Below, piece by piece: positions 1-13,967 of a stretch of 64,000 nucleotides of DNA. The stretch comes from Eledone cirrhosa (taxonomy: Eukaryota), in the NCBI GenBank assembly GCA_964016885.1, contig OZ024741.1, positions 7,688,001-7,752,000 of the forward strand, read 5' to 3'. Position numbers and translations under genes: made by a program. The notes under the pieces were generated by a model that did no database searches, was not told the DNA's origin, and saw only the letters and a list, made by a program, of their open reading frames with translations. Numbering within the stretch: position 1 is the first letter of the stretch; each line of letters opens with the position of its first letter.

Positions 1-95
1 GAAAAAAATACTAACTATAACAATATGGTTTGCCAGACTTAATTCAAAGTTATAAATCAAGAAAAAGAACAAACCTATTTTGGGCAACTGCCCGA

Positions 96-175
96 AACAC
101 CTAGACAGTTATAGTAACTGTTTCGCAAATTATTAAGCAAGGGAATCACCAACTTTCTGCTCATCAGTAGGTGTT
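96..175 (-). ncRNA. Type I hammerhead ribozyme motif
   Basis: Minus strand reads aacaccta-CTGATGA-gcagaa...tttgc-GAAA-cagtt actat aactg-TC-taggtgtt. It has an 8-bp stem I, a stem II, a full stem III and a GUC cleavage triplet. Confidence 0.9.
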
Positions 176-196
176 AAAATATATATATATATATAT

Positions 197-897
197 ACAA
201 TATATTAATAAATGGAAATTATATTTATAAAACAATAATTATTTTATTATATATATTTCAAGGGCAACCAAGGCAAATTTTGGTGCGCTTTCATCATATA
301 AAATACAAATTTGTTTTATAAATAAATATTGAAATACCCGCATAAAGACAACCTTAACGGTTGAGGTTCGCTGGATAGTGGAAGAAATATTTTATTGAGG
401 GTTAACCGTAATAATATTTTAACCGTTAAAGTTGTCTTTATGCGGGTATGTCAATATTTATTCATGAAACAAATTTGTATTTTATCTGATGAAAGTGCAC
501 CAAAATTTGCCTTGGTTGCCTTTGAAATATATATATAAAGACAACCTTAACGGTTGAGGTTCGCTGGATAGTGGAAAAAATATTTTATTGAGGGTGATCA
601 CCCTCAATAAAATATTTTTTCCACTATCCAGCGAACCTCAACCGTTAAGGTTGTCTTTATGCGGGTATGTCAATATTTAATTATGAAACAAATTTGTATT
701 TTATATGATGAAAGCGCGCCATAATCTACCTTGGTTGCCCTTGAAATATATATGAGAAAATAATGATGGTTTTATAAATATAGTTTCCATTTATTAATAT
801 ATTGAATATTTACTCCACTAAACTGTTGAGTGCTTTATATCAGTTATAACAATTTTTAAGCTTGTTGAATCCCAACAAATTAAATATAACCGCTGCA
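197..897. mobile_element. Multiply inverted PLE-terminus-like element with three HHR-derived copies
   Basis: Alternating inverted copies of one sequence: ~197-402 (-), ~421-535 (+), ~535-594 (-), ~600-897 (+). HHR core is intact at 486-535 (CTGATGA...GAAA tatata TA). Copies at ~243-303 (-) and ~699-760 (+) read ATGATGA. Flanked by (TA)n. Confidence 0.75.
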
Positions 898-919
898 TAT
901 ATATATATATATATATATA

Positions 920-1110
920 TAGGAAAATGTATGACCCCGACGGCAGAGCTCAAGCCGTTTCGACGGCTATTTCTGGACAGAAATAGCTGACGAAACGGCT
1001 TGAGTTCTGCCGTCCTGGTCATGCATTTTCCTATTACCCACTCTACTACCCTAAGCATTGTGTACTCTGGCGCATTATGGTCCATCTGGTTCCTTACCAC
1101 AACTCATTCG

Positions 1111-1112
<2 letters not shown>
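920..1112 (+). mobile_element. Fold-back element carrying the 3' half of a hammerhead (family A, copy 1)
   Basis: ~53-bp-arm hairpin followed by an ~80-bp tail. Right arm reads GAAA-cggc ttgagttct gccg-TC. Inserted in (TA)n, with homologous copies elsewhere in the window. Confidence 0.8.
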
Positions 1113-1156
<44 letters not shown>

Positions 1157-1291
1157 CAAGTAAGTATGCTTTTAAACAGTGAGCAGGTTTGAAGTTAGAA
1201 AATAGAATAGCTTTCGCCGTATTTTGACTACAGAAATTTTAGTCTGATTTTGGGGTTTAGAACCCTCAGATAAATGGAAAAAGATGAGTAT

Positions 1292-1362
1292 TGGCGTACA
1301 TGGGAGTCGAACCTACATCTTTGGTTATCCATACCACTGTGCTACTATTACACCAACACAAC
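1292..1362 (-). pseudogene. Degenerate tRNA-like sequence (pseudo-tRNA or SINE head)
   Basis: Minus strand has an A-box-like TGGTGTAATAGTAGCAC and a B-box GGTTCGACTCC. The cloverleaf is imperfect, with mismatches in the acceptor, anticodon and T stems. Confidence 0.5.
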
Positions 1363-1377
1363 ATGTGTTGGTGTTCT

Positions 1378-1650
1378 CTTTCTTTCACTGCCCCCATCTC
1401 TCTCGCTCTCCTCACCTCTCTCTTTCACTGCCCCCGTCTCTCTCGCTCTCCTCACCTCTCTCTTACACTGCCCACGTCTCTCTCGCTCTCCCCATCTCTC
1501 TTTCACTGCCCCCGTCTCTCTCACTCTCCCCACCTCTCTCTTTCACTGCCCCCGTCTCACTCGCTCTCCCCATCTCTCTCTTTCACTGCCCCCGTCTCAC
1601 TCGCTCTCCCCACCTCTCTCTTTCACTGCCCCCGTCTCACTCACTCTCCT
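1378..1650. repeat. 40-bp CT-rich minisatellite, ~7 copies
   Basis: Unit tttcactgcccccgtctctctcgctctcctcacctctctc recurs at 1501, 1541, 1581 and 1621. Confidence 0.95.
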
Positions 1651-2065
1651 AAGTCTCACTTTTATGTACAAATGGGGGCCCACGTGCTGGTCACCCCGGG
1701 GTCCCAGCGGACAGAATAGAAATGGCGTTTTCCTGGAGGCTGACACCTGTGGATAATTAACGTGGTGCCGACGGTGGTGATTAGGGAAGTGGCCCTAGGG
1801 TCAAGAATACCAGAAGTCTCCACGGTGTGGTATATAATTCCTAGTATATATTTCCTCTGTACAGGGTAGGATTAAGTTCTTTTGAGTCCCTAAGTACTTA
1901 AAACATTACGGCGCTTGCAATGTATAACGTCTATAAAATATATTTTGGGGAAATGACAAATATATTTAACTTATATTTAATGGTGTCCTTCTTTCAATGT
2001 GTGTCATCAGCATGTAGTTATTTTATTCAATGCTGTGTCCTTCCTGCAGTTTCTTTTTCTGAATA

Positions 2066-2645
2066 GGTAGGTTTCAGTTTAATGTGGGGAGGTGGTTATA
2101 TGTTGTTATTTAATGTTACCTGTATGTGAGGTAGGTTTCTGTTTAATGTGGGGGAGGTGGTTATATGTTGTTATTTAATGTTACCTGTATGTGAGGAAGG
2201 TTTCTGTATAATATCGGGGAGGTGGTTATATGTTGTTATTTAATGTTACCTGTATGTGAGGTAGGTTTCTGTTTAATATCGGGGAGGTCGTTATATGTTG
2301 TGTTATTTAATGTTACCTGTATGTGAGGAAGGTTTCTGTTTAATGTCGGGGAGGTGGTTATATGTTGTTATTTAATGTTACCTGTATGTGAGGTAGGTTT
2401 CTGTTTAATATCGGGGAGGTGGTTATATGTTGTATTATTTAATGTTACCTGTATGTGAGGAAGGTTTCTGTTTAATATCGGGGAGGTGGTTATATGTTGT
2501 GTTATTTAATGTTACCTGTATGTGAGGAAGGTTTCTGTTTAATGTGGGGGAGGTGGTTATATGTTGTTATTTAATGTTACCTGTATGTGAGGAAGGTTTC
2601 TGTTTAATGTGGGGGAGGTGGTTATATGGTGTTATTTAATATTAC
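2066..2645. repeat. ~61-bp minisatellite, ~9 copies
   Basis: Unit aggtttctgtttaatgtgggggaggtggttatatgttgttatttaatgttacctgtatgtgagg. Confidence 0.95.
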
Positions 2646-2702
2646 TTCTAAGAAGTGGGCGGTAGATTTGCAAGGTGTTAATTGTAGATTAATACTAGAA
2701 TA

Positions 2703-3275
2703 CTGGGTGTTTAATGTAAGGTTTAAACATGTTGGGTGTTTAATGTAAGGTTTAAACATGTTGTGTGTTTAATGTAAGGTTTAAACATGTGGTGTGTTTA
2801 ATGTAAGGTTTAAACATGTGGTGTGTTTAATGTAAGGTTTAAACATGCTGGGTTTTTAATGTAAGGTTTAAACATGTGGTGTGGTTAATGTAAGGTTTAA
2901 ACATGTGGTGTGTTTAATGTAAGGTTTAAACATGCTGGGTGTTTAATGTAAGGTTTAAACATATAATGTGTTTAATCTAAGGTTTAAACTTGTGGTGTGT
3001 TTAATGTAAGGTTTAAAAATATGGTGTGATTAATGTAAGGTTTAAACATGCTGGGTGTTTAATGTAAGGTTTAAACATGTGGTGTGTTTAATGTAAGGTT
3101 TAAACATGCTGGGTGATTAATGTAAGGTTTAAACATGTAATGTGTTTAATGTAAGGTTTAAACTTGTGGTGTGTTTAATGTAAGGTTTAAAAATGTGGAG
3201 TGATTAATGTAAGGTTTAAACATGTGGTGTGTTTAATGTAGGTTTAAACATGGGTGTTTAATGTAAGGTTTAATG
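2703..3275. repeat. 29-bp minisatellite, ~19 copies
   Basis: Unit ggtgtgtttaatgtaaggtttaaacatgt. Confidence 0.95.
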
Positions 3276-3635
3276 ATGGTGCTGGTAATGGTGGTGGTAG
3301 TGGTGGTGGTTGTGGTAGTTGAGATGATGGTGGTGATGGTGGTGGTGGTGCTGTTGGTGGTGGTGATAGTGGAGGTGGTAGTGGTAGTGGATATGATGGT
3401 GGTTATAGTGGTGGTGGTGTGATGGTGGTAGTGGTGGTGGTAGTGGTGATGGTGATGGTAGTGGTGGTGGTGGAGATGATGGTGGTGATGGTGATGGTGG
3501 TGGTGGTGGTGGTGGTGGTAGTGAAGATGGTGGTGGAGGTGGTGGTGGTGGTAGTGGTGTAGTGGTGGTGTTGGGGTGGTAGTGGTGGTGGTGGTAGTGG
3601 TGGTGGTGGTGGTGGTGGTAGTCGTGGTGGAGGGT
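3276..3635. repeat. Degenerate (GGT)n microsatellite
   Basis: Direct reading. Confidence 0.95.
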
Positions 3636-3954
3636 GTAGATCTAGAGGTTATCTGTTGCACAGATTCCACTGTTCACAGTTTAGTCACATATTTAACAGT
3701 GTGGTCTTTGGATAGAAATTCTTACACATACAGACATAGATACATACACCTACACACGCATAGAGACATACACACGCATAGACATACACACATATGCACA
3801 CACACAGTTACATATACACACATGCATAGACCAATACACACACGTGTACCTACATATCCATACATACACACGTACGCGCACACTCATGCACACATACAGA
3901 CACACACACGCATACACAAATACAGACGTATACAAACGCACACACACATAACAC

Positions 3955-6525
3955 ACACTACACCACAGACCACACACTACACCACACTACACTACACCAC
4001 ACCACACCACAGTACACTATACTACACTACACCACACCACACCACAGTACGTCACACTACACCACACCACACTACAATACACCACACTACACTACACTAC
4101 ACCACACCACACCACAGTACACTATACTACACTACACCACACCACACCACAGTACGTCACACTACACCACACCACACCACACCACACTACAATACACCAC
4201 TCTACACTACACTACACCACACCACACCACAGTACACTATACTACACTACACCACACCACACCACAGTACGTCACACTACACCACACCACACCACACCAC
4301 ACTACAATACACCACTCTACACTACACTACACAACACCACACCACAGTACACTATACTACACTACACCACACCACACCACAGTACGTCACACTACACCAC
4401 ACCACACCCCACCACACTACACTACACCACACCACACCACACTACAATACACCACACCACACTATACTACACTACACCACACTACACCAAACTATACTAC
4501 ACTACACCACACCACACAACACCACACCACACTACACTACACCACACCACACTACACCACACCACACCACACTACACTACACCACACCACACCACACTAC
4601 ACTACACTACACCACACCACACTACACCACAGTATACTACACTACACCACACCACACCACAGTACGTCACACTACACCACACCCCACCCCACCACACTAC
4701 ACTACACCACACCACACCACACTACAATACACCACACCACACTATACTACACTACACCACACCACACTACACCAAACTATACTACACTACACCACACCAC
4801 ACAACACCACACCACACTACACTACACCACACCACACTATACTACACTACACCACACTACACTACACCACACCACACTACACTACAATACACCACACCAC
4901 ACTATACTACACTACACCACACCACACTACACCACACCACACTACACCACAGTATACTACACTACACCACACCACACCACACTACACCACACCACACCCC
5001 ACCACACTACACCACACCACACCACACCACACCACACTACACTACAATACACCACACCACACTATACTACACTACACCACACCACACTACACCAAACTAT
5101 ACTACACTACACCACACCACACCACACCACACAACACCACACCACACTACACTACACCACACCACACTATACTACACTACACCACACCACACTACACCAC
5201 ACCACACCACACTACACCACACCACACTACACTACACCACACCACACAACACCACACTACACTACACTACACCACACCACACTACACCACAGTATACTAC
5301 ACTACACCACACCACACTACACTACACCACACCACACTACACTACAATACACCACACCACACTATACTACACTACACCACACCACACTACACCACACCAC
5401 ACTACACCACACCACACTACACCACACCACACTACACTACACTACACCACACCACCCTACATCACATCACAGTACACCACACTACACTACACCACACCAC
5501 ACCACAGTACACCACACTACACCATACCGCACCACACTACACCACACCACACCACACTACACTACACTACATCACACCACACCACACCACACCACAACAC
5601 ACTACACTACACCACACCACACCACACTACACCACACTACACCACACCACACTACAACACACCACACTACACCACACTACACCACACCAAACCGCACTAC
5701 ACCACACCACACCACACCACACCACACCACACCACACCACACCACACCACACCACACCACACTACACTACACTACACCACACCACACTACACTACACTAC
5801 ACTACACCACACTACACCACACCACACTACACTACACTACACCACACCACCCTACATCACATCACAGTACACCACACTACACTACACCACACCACACCAC
5901 ACTACACCACACTACACCACACCGCACCACACTACACCACACCACCCTACACCACAGTACGTCACACTACACTACACTACACCACACCACAGTACATCAC
6001 ACTACACCACATCACACTACACCACACCACAGTACACCACACAACACTACACCACGCACACCATACACACCACACTACACCACACTACACTACATCACAC
6101 CACACTACACCACACCACACACCACACACACTACACCACACTACAACACACTTCACACACACTACACTACACTACACCACACATTACACTACACCACACT
6201 ACACCACACTATACCACACCACACCACACTACACTACACTACACTACACCACACTACACCACACTACACTACACAACACCACACTACACCACACTACACT
6301 ACACTACACCACACCACACCACACTATACCACACTACACTACATCACACCACACTACACCACACTACACCACAATACACCACACCACACTACACCACACC
6401 ACACCAGTGTACACTACACAACACTATACCACACCACACTACACTACACTACACCACACCACACTACACCACACCACAGTACACCACACTACACTACACC
6501 ACACTATACCACACTACACCACACC
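3955..6525. repeat. Pentamer satellite (CACAC/CACTA/CACCA variants)
   Basis: accac/actac 5-bp units over 2.5 kb. They explain the spurious 998-aa HTTP ORF. Confidence 0.95.
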
Positions 6526-6849
6526 TTAAAATTAACTTCCCCCCATTCTTCACAGAACATACACAGCAATAATTTACAGCCATTTATTTCCTGTTAAATG
6601 AACATCACATGATTTCATCATGCAGTGACTCTAGATGGCGCTACTGTTAGGGAATATTTTCGCTATAATACTATGGTTGACGTCTTAACAATTATAGAAT
6701 CAGTCACAATAATTTCAACGAAACAAAAGATTTTTCAATATATTTATTTGTCAGTTAAATCAGATATATCATATAAATTATTTTATTTTATATATTCTCT
6801 GTCTTCACCATTTGTCTAATTCTCAATTTATATTGCCAGGTTGTTTTTC

Positions 6850-8400
6850 AATTTATATATAAACATATTATGTCAACTATATTATATATAAACATAGTAT
6901 ATCAACTATATTATATATAAACATATGTCAACAATATTATATATAAACATATTATGTCAAATATATTATATATAAATATATGTCAACTATATTATATATA
7001 AACATATGTCAACTATATTATATATAAACATATTATATCAACTATATTATATATAAACATATGTCAACTATATTATATATAAACATATGTCAACTATATT
7101 ATATATAAACAGATGTCAACTATATTATATATAAACATATGTCAAATATATTATATATAAACATATTATGTCAACTATATTAGATATAAACATATGTCAA
7201 CTATATTATATATAAACATATTAAGTCAACTATATTATATATAAACAGATGTCAACTATATTATATATAAACATATCATGTCAACTATATTATATATAAA
7301 CATATGTCAACTATATTATATATAAACATATTAAGTCAACTATATTATATATAAACAGATGTCAACTATAGTATATATAAACATATGTCAACTATATTAT
7401 ATATAAACATATGTCAACTATATTATATATAAACATATTATGTCAACTATATTATATATAAACATATGTCAACTATATTATATATAAACATATGTCAACT
7501 ATATTATATATAAACATATTATGTCAACTATATTATATATAAAATTATGTCAACTATATTATATATAAACATATTATGTCAACTATATTATATATAAACA
7601 TATGTCAACTATATTATATATAAACATATGTCAACTATATTATATATAAACATATGTCAACTATATTATATATAAACATATTATGTCAACTATATTATAT
7701 ATAAACATATGTCAACTATATTATATATAAACATATTATGTCAACTATATTATATATAAACATATGTCAACTATATTATATATAAACATATTATGTCAAC
7801 TATATTATATATAAACATATGTCAACTATATTATATATAAACGTATGTCAACTATATTATATATAAACATATTATGTCAACTATATTATATATAAACATA
7901 TTAAGTCAACTATATTATATATAAACAGATGTCAACTATATTATATCTAAACATATTATGTCAACTATATTATATATAAACATATGTCAACTATATTATA
8001 TATAAACATATTATGTCAACTATATTATATATAAACATATGTCAACTATATTATATATAAACATATGTCAACTATATTATATATAAACATATTATGTCAA
8101 CTATATTATATATAAACATATGTCAACTATATTATATATAAACATATGTCAACTATATTATATATAAACATATTATGTCAACTATATTATATATAAACAT
8201 ATTATGTCAACTATATTATATATAAACATATGTCAACTATATTATATATAAACATATGTCAACTATATTATATATAAACATATGTCAACTATATTATATA
8301 TAAACATGTGTCAACTATATTATATATAAACATATCATGTCAACTATATTATATATAAATATGTCAACTATATTACATATAAACATATTATGTCAACTAT
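6850..8400. repeat. AT-rich 26/29-bp minisatellite
   Basis: Unit atgtcaactatattatatataaacat(att). Confidence 0.95.
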
Positions 8401-8688
8401 ATTTTATAAAAAGAAGTTATACAATGACAGAAGTATGAAAAAAAGGGAAAAACTAAATTAAGAAATGAAAATAAGAGGGTGCGTGGGTAAAGAAGGGTAG
8501 ATCTGGCTATATAGGAAAGTGAAGAAAAGAGGAAAAGAGCAAGGACTATTAGGCCACAGAAGAAAGAGGGGGGGAAGTGGAGAGGGTGACAGGCTCTATA
8601 CTTAGGACTGGGGGGTGTTTCGGCTGCGCCCCACGGACGAAACTGCAAAGGCATTTCCGCGGAAAATGGCCAGCGATACCCGCTGCAT
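8400..8688 (-). mobile_element. 5'-truncated 3' end of a CRE-like non-LTR retrotransposon
   Basis: 8688-8602 (-) translates to MQRVSLAIFRGNAFAVSSVGRSRNTPQS*. This resembles the QRxSxAIxRGNA C-terminal motif of CRE-clade elements. A pyrimidine-rich 3' UTR follows. Confidence 0.7.
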
Positions 8689-8699
8689 CCTTTGTTTGT

Positions 8700-10610
8700 T
8701 TATAGGACACATCAGTCTAAATAAGACAAACCAGCCTAAATAAGACACACAAGTCTAAATAAGTCACACCAGTCTAAATAAGACACACCAGTCTAAATAA
8801 GACACTCCAGTCTAAATAAGATACCTACCTAAATAAGACACACCAGTCTAAATACGACACCAGTCTAAATAGGACACACCAGTCTAAATAAGACACACCA
8901 GTCTAAATAAGACACCGGTCTAAATAGGACACACCAGTCTAAATAAGACACACCAGTCTAAATAAGACACACCAGTCTAAATAAGAAACACCAGTTTAAA
9001 TAAGACACACCAGGCTAAATAGGACACACCAGTCAAAATAATACACCCCAGTCTAAATAGAACACACAAGTCTAAATAGGACACCCAGTCTAAATAAGAC
9101 ACACCAGTCTAAATAGGACACCCAGTCTAAATAGGACACATCAGTCTAAATAAGACACACCAGTCTAAATAAGACACACCAGTCCTAAATAGGACACACC
9201 AGTCAAAATAAGACACCAGTCTAAATAAAACACCAGTCTCAATAAGACATACCAGTCTAAATAGAACACACCAGTCTAAATAAGACACCCCATTCTAAAT
9301 AAGACACCCCAGTCTAAATAAGACACACCAGTCTAAATAAGACACCCTAGTCTATATAAGACACACCAGTCTAAATAAGACACATCAGTCTAAATAAGAC
9401 ACCAGTCTAAATAAGACACACCAGTCTAAATAAGACACCAGTCTAAATAAGACACCAGTCTAAATAAGACTCCCCAGTCTAAATAAGACACCCCAGTCTA
9501 AATAAGACACACCAGTCTAAATAAGACACCCCAGTCTAAATAAGAAACCTCAGTCTAAATAAGACACACCAGTCTAAATAAGACACCCTAGTCTATATAA
9601 GACACACCAGTCTAAATAAGACACATCAGTCTAAATAAGACACCAGTCTAAATAAGACACACCAGTCTAAATAAGACACACCAGTCTAAATAAGACACCA
9701 GTCTAAATAAGATACCAGTCTAAATAAGACCCACCAGTCTAAATAGGACACCCCAGTCTAAATAGGACGCACCAGTCTAAATAAGACACACCAGTCTAAA
9801 TAAGACACACCAGTCTAAATAGGACACATCAGTCTAAATAGGACACACCAGTCTAAATAGGACACACCAGTCTAAATAAGACATATCAGTCTAAATAGGA
9901 CACACCAGTCTAAATAGGACACACCAGTCCAAATAATACACCCCAGTCTAAATAGGACACACCAGTCTAAATAAGACACATCAGTTTAAATAAGACATCA
10001 GTCTAAATAGGACACACCAGTATAAATAGGACACACCAGTCCAAATAATACACCCCAGTCTAAATAGGACACACCAGTCTAAATAAGACACATCAGTTTA
10101 AATAAGACATCAGTCTAAATAGGACACATCAGTCTAAATAGGACACACCAGTCTAAACAAGACACCAGTCTAAATAGGACACACCAGTCTAAATAAGACA
10201 CACCAGTCTAAACAAGACACACCAGTCTAAATAGGACACACCAGTCTAAATAGGACACCCGTCTAAATAGGACACACCAGTCTAAATAAGACACACCAGT
10301 CTAAACAAGACACACCAGTCTAAATAGGACAGCCCAGTCTAAATAGGACACACCAGTCTAAATAAGACACACCAGTCTAAACAAGACACACCAGTCTAAA
10401 TAGGACAGCCCAGTCTAAATAGGACACACCAGTCTAAATAAGACACACCAGTCTAAACAAGACACACCAGTCTAAATAGGACAGCCCAGTCTAAATAGGA
10501 CACACCAGTCTAAATAAGACACACCAGTCTAAACAAGACACACCAGTCTAAATAGGACACACCAGTCTAAATAGGACACCAGTCTAAATAGGACACCAGT
10601 CTAAATAAGT
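8700..10610. repeat. 19/17-bp minisatellite, ~100 copies
   Basis: Unit acaccagtctaaata(a/g)gac. Confidence 0.95.
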
Positions 10611-10745
10611 CTTTATAAATCAAACTAGCATTTATAAATAGTTCCGTGTTGTGTGTGTGTGTAAGAGTGTGTAAGTGTGTGTAAGTGTGTGTGTGTGTAA
10701 GTGTGTGTTAGTGTAAATGTATGTAAATGTGTGTAAGTGTGTGTA

Positions 10746-10779
<34 letters not shown>

Positions 10780-11487
10780 AGTGTGTGTGTGAGTGTGTGC
10801 GTAAGTGTGTGCGTGTGTGAGTGTGTGTGTAAGTGTGTTTAAGTGTGTGTATGTGTGTCAGCTCATGAAATGAAGTACAAGTGGCTGAGCATTCCACAGA
10901 CACGTGTGCCCATAACACATTTCTCATGTCTTTCCAAAAGGAGTAGATTTACAACAGTTTAATGGGAACATTAACGGCATCCACCCCTCCCCACCGGTAA
11001 CGAAGGACTTGTAATGACCATGGACACCTTCATCAACACCTACCACAGATGTACCAGTGATGTACTGGGGTTGGTTTACTGGCAACACGCCTCCACTAAA
11101 GTTTATAAGTGATATGTCATTAATTATTTCTCTATATTTAGAAATCAATTTGATAGAAATTTCAAACTAAAACGAATCCAAACAACCGAATTGGTTTTGG
11201 TTTTATAACACACACACACACACGCACATACCCTCCACACACACACATACAAATACATACACACACACACACGCACGCACATACACATATACATACACAT
11301 ACACGCACATACATATATACATACACATACACACACACAAACACGCGCGCGCGCATACACACACGCACACACACATATACACACATACATACACATATAC
11401 ACTCCCTCTCCCAAAAAACAACTAGAAATAAAAAACAACAAATATATTCTAAAATGAAAACAACATATGTAAATATCTTTGTTTCAA

Positions 11488-11780
11488 ACGAACAACAACA
11501 ACAACTACCACAATAACCACAACAACAAAAACTACCACAACAACAACAAAAACAAAAAATACCACAACAACAACAACAACAACCACAACATTAACCACAA
11601 CAATAACCATAACATTAACAACAATAACAACAATAACAATAGCAACAATAATCACAACAATAACGACAACAATAACAACAACAACAGCGACAATAACAAC
11701 AACCACAACAATAACAACAACCACCACAATAACAACCACAATAACAACAATAACAACAACAATGACAACAACCACAACAA
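11488..11780. repeat. Degenerate (AAC)n microsatellite
   Basis: Direct reading. Confidence 0.9.
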
Positions 11781-11939
11781 AATGTCGTTATCCAGCCATC
11801 TTTAAGATAAACTTGTCAGTTGAATGAATAATGGAGAACAATTTGTATTTTTATTTGTTGAAATAACAAACCATTAAATGAGATTTTTATAATTTTATCT
11901 TCTTTTATATTGTGACGTTTTTTAAGGGGGTCTCTTAAT

Positions 11940-12004
<65 letters not shown>

Positions 12005-12016
12005 GGTGTTGTTGGG

Positions 12017-12232
12017 ATGGTAGGTTGGAAGTATCGGTAGAGCGTCGGACAACGTGCTTCACGGCATAGAGTTACGGCCCTTTACGTTCTGAGTTTAAAT
12101 CCCGCCAAGGTTAACCTTGTCTTTCATCCTTATGGGGTCGATAAATAAAGTACCAGTAATGCACTGGGTCGATTTAATTGACTTTCCTCTCTCCCCCCAA
12201 ATTGCTGGCCTTGTGCCTATTGTAGAAATCAT
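12017..12232 (+). mobile_element. tRNA-derived SINE (octopus-type)
   Basis: B-box-like gagtttaaatcc, then ctttcatcct...ggggtcgataaataaagtaccagt...ttgctggccttgtgcc. Homologous to copies at 16.2, 16.4, 19.4 and 40.2 kb. Confidence 0.8.
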
Positions 12233-13195
12233 TCTTCTTCTTCTTCTTCTTCTTCTTCTTCTTCTTCTTTACTCCCCCCCCCACGTGTCGGCAGTATATT
12301 CCCAGTATGTCTCCCCCCTTGACCAGTCCCAGAAACTCTATAACCAGTTCTATTACATCACTAATGTTGATATAGTCTTTAATGGTTTCTCTCACATATT
12401 CTAAACCATCTTATCAAAATCAAGGGTTTGTATTAGACACACAGAAAACATATTTCATGGCATTTCAAGGGAGAACCTACCTATCTACGTATCTGTTGTA
12501 TGTATGTATGTATGTATGTATGTATGTATGTATGTATGTATGTATGTATGTATGTATGTATGTATGTATGTATGCATGTTTGTATGTTTGTATGTATCTA
12601 TGTATGTATGTGTGTAAATATGTATGTATGTATGTATGTTTGTATATATATGTATGTGGGACTGGCTTTGTGCAGTGCCTTTTCTCACTATAAAAGCTTC
12701 ACGGCACAGGCATTGCTTTATATCTGGAGATCTCTCTGCACTTGTCGTCACATGGTACCATGGGTCCAGCACTATGTGTCAATAATTGTCACGAGTGTAG
12801 TGTTTGTACCAGAGTTTTCAAGTCGCTGGCTGGACTAAAAAGTCACGCTTGTTCAGCGCATTGGTAGGGGTCCTCCTACATGGATATAAAGTAGTGGCCG
12901 TACTCGAAAACGAGTTGGCAGCCACCATATATATGTATGTATGTACGTATGTATGCATGTATGTATATTCTTCTGGTTTTATAATTTCACAAACTTTTCC
13001 CAGTAGAGAGAGAGTCGGTTTCTAACATAGCCACAAGACTCTCTCATTGGAATTTACACAACATCAACTAGGTAGATATGTATGTATGCATGCATGTGTA
13101 GATATGGATATTATTGTATGTGTGGATGTGGATGTTTTGAGTTGTATGTGTGCATGTGTATATGCTTTGTATCTGTACTTGTGTATATGCAGTTA

Positions 13196-13930
13196 TTAGA
13201 TGCAAAATGTTTGGAATGTTTTACATATTTTTACTGTTCCATTAATGGATTGCATTTGTAATTTCCTAACTAGTTGTATTCTTTCTGTTCCTGTGAAACC
13301 CAGCTTCTCAAGATGTGTATTGAGGCAGTTATTAACATACCCCAGTGCTCCAATAATCACAGGCATAAATCTGAAGGTGTAATCAGGATGGAGTATCTGC
13401 AGATTTCTCATCAGTTCTGCATAAATATTCTCCTTTTCGCTAATCTTTGATATTATATTGGCATTTGCTGGGGAGCAAATTTCCACTACTGTGCATGTTT
13501 TCTTCTCCCTGTGCCATATAACATCTGGTCTGTTATGCCTGCATTTTATAGGGGTTTTTACTGGAACATTCCACTAGTACTCTTTCATATTATGTACATG
13601 GATGTCTTCCACATTGCTGTAGCTTTTAATGTGTTTATTATCGGGGCTATCTTTTTTACGGATTGCATTGTACAGTGTTTTGGCCACTACATCATGCCTC
13701 ATAGGTAGATAGTACCGCGATGACATCTTTGGACAGCTGCTGATGACATGGGTGATATCCTCGATGTTAGTTCTGCAGAGTCTGCACTTGTTATCACATC
13801 TCGGTGTTTTGCCTGCATCCCTATCTCTTTTGTGAATCAGGTATTTCGTGCTAATCTCCTGTTCTTGGATTGCAAAAGCGTATCCTTCAAAGTGGGAACC
13901 AATATAGCGGTTGTTGGTCCATATATGTTG
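13196..13930 (-). pseudogene. R4/Dong-clade LINE C-terminal region (zinc knuckle + restriction-like endonuclease), 5'-truncated
   Basis: [41 protein letters not shown] and PVIIGALG all lie in one frame with a single stop (EY*W). Begins at a (TACA)n tract. Confidence 0.85.
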
Positions 13931-13934
13931 GTCC

Positions 13935-13967
<33 letters not shown>

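Noticed and set aside
3576-6572. 998-aa His/Thr-rich ORF
   Set aside because: Translation of a pentamer satellite that lacks stops in this frame; no real start or domain.
10924-11148. 74-aa minus-strand ORF as a host exon
   Set aside because: Overlaps SINE-like sequence (accccagtacatcactggtac) and has no recognisable domain.
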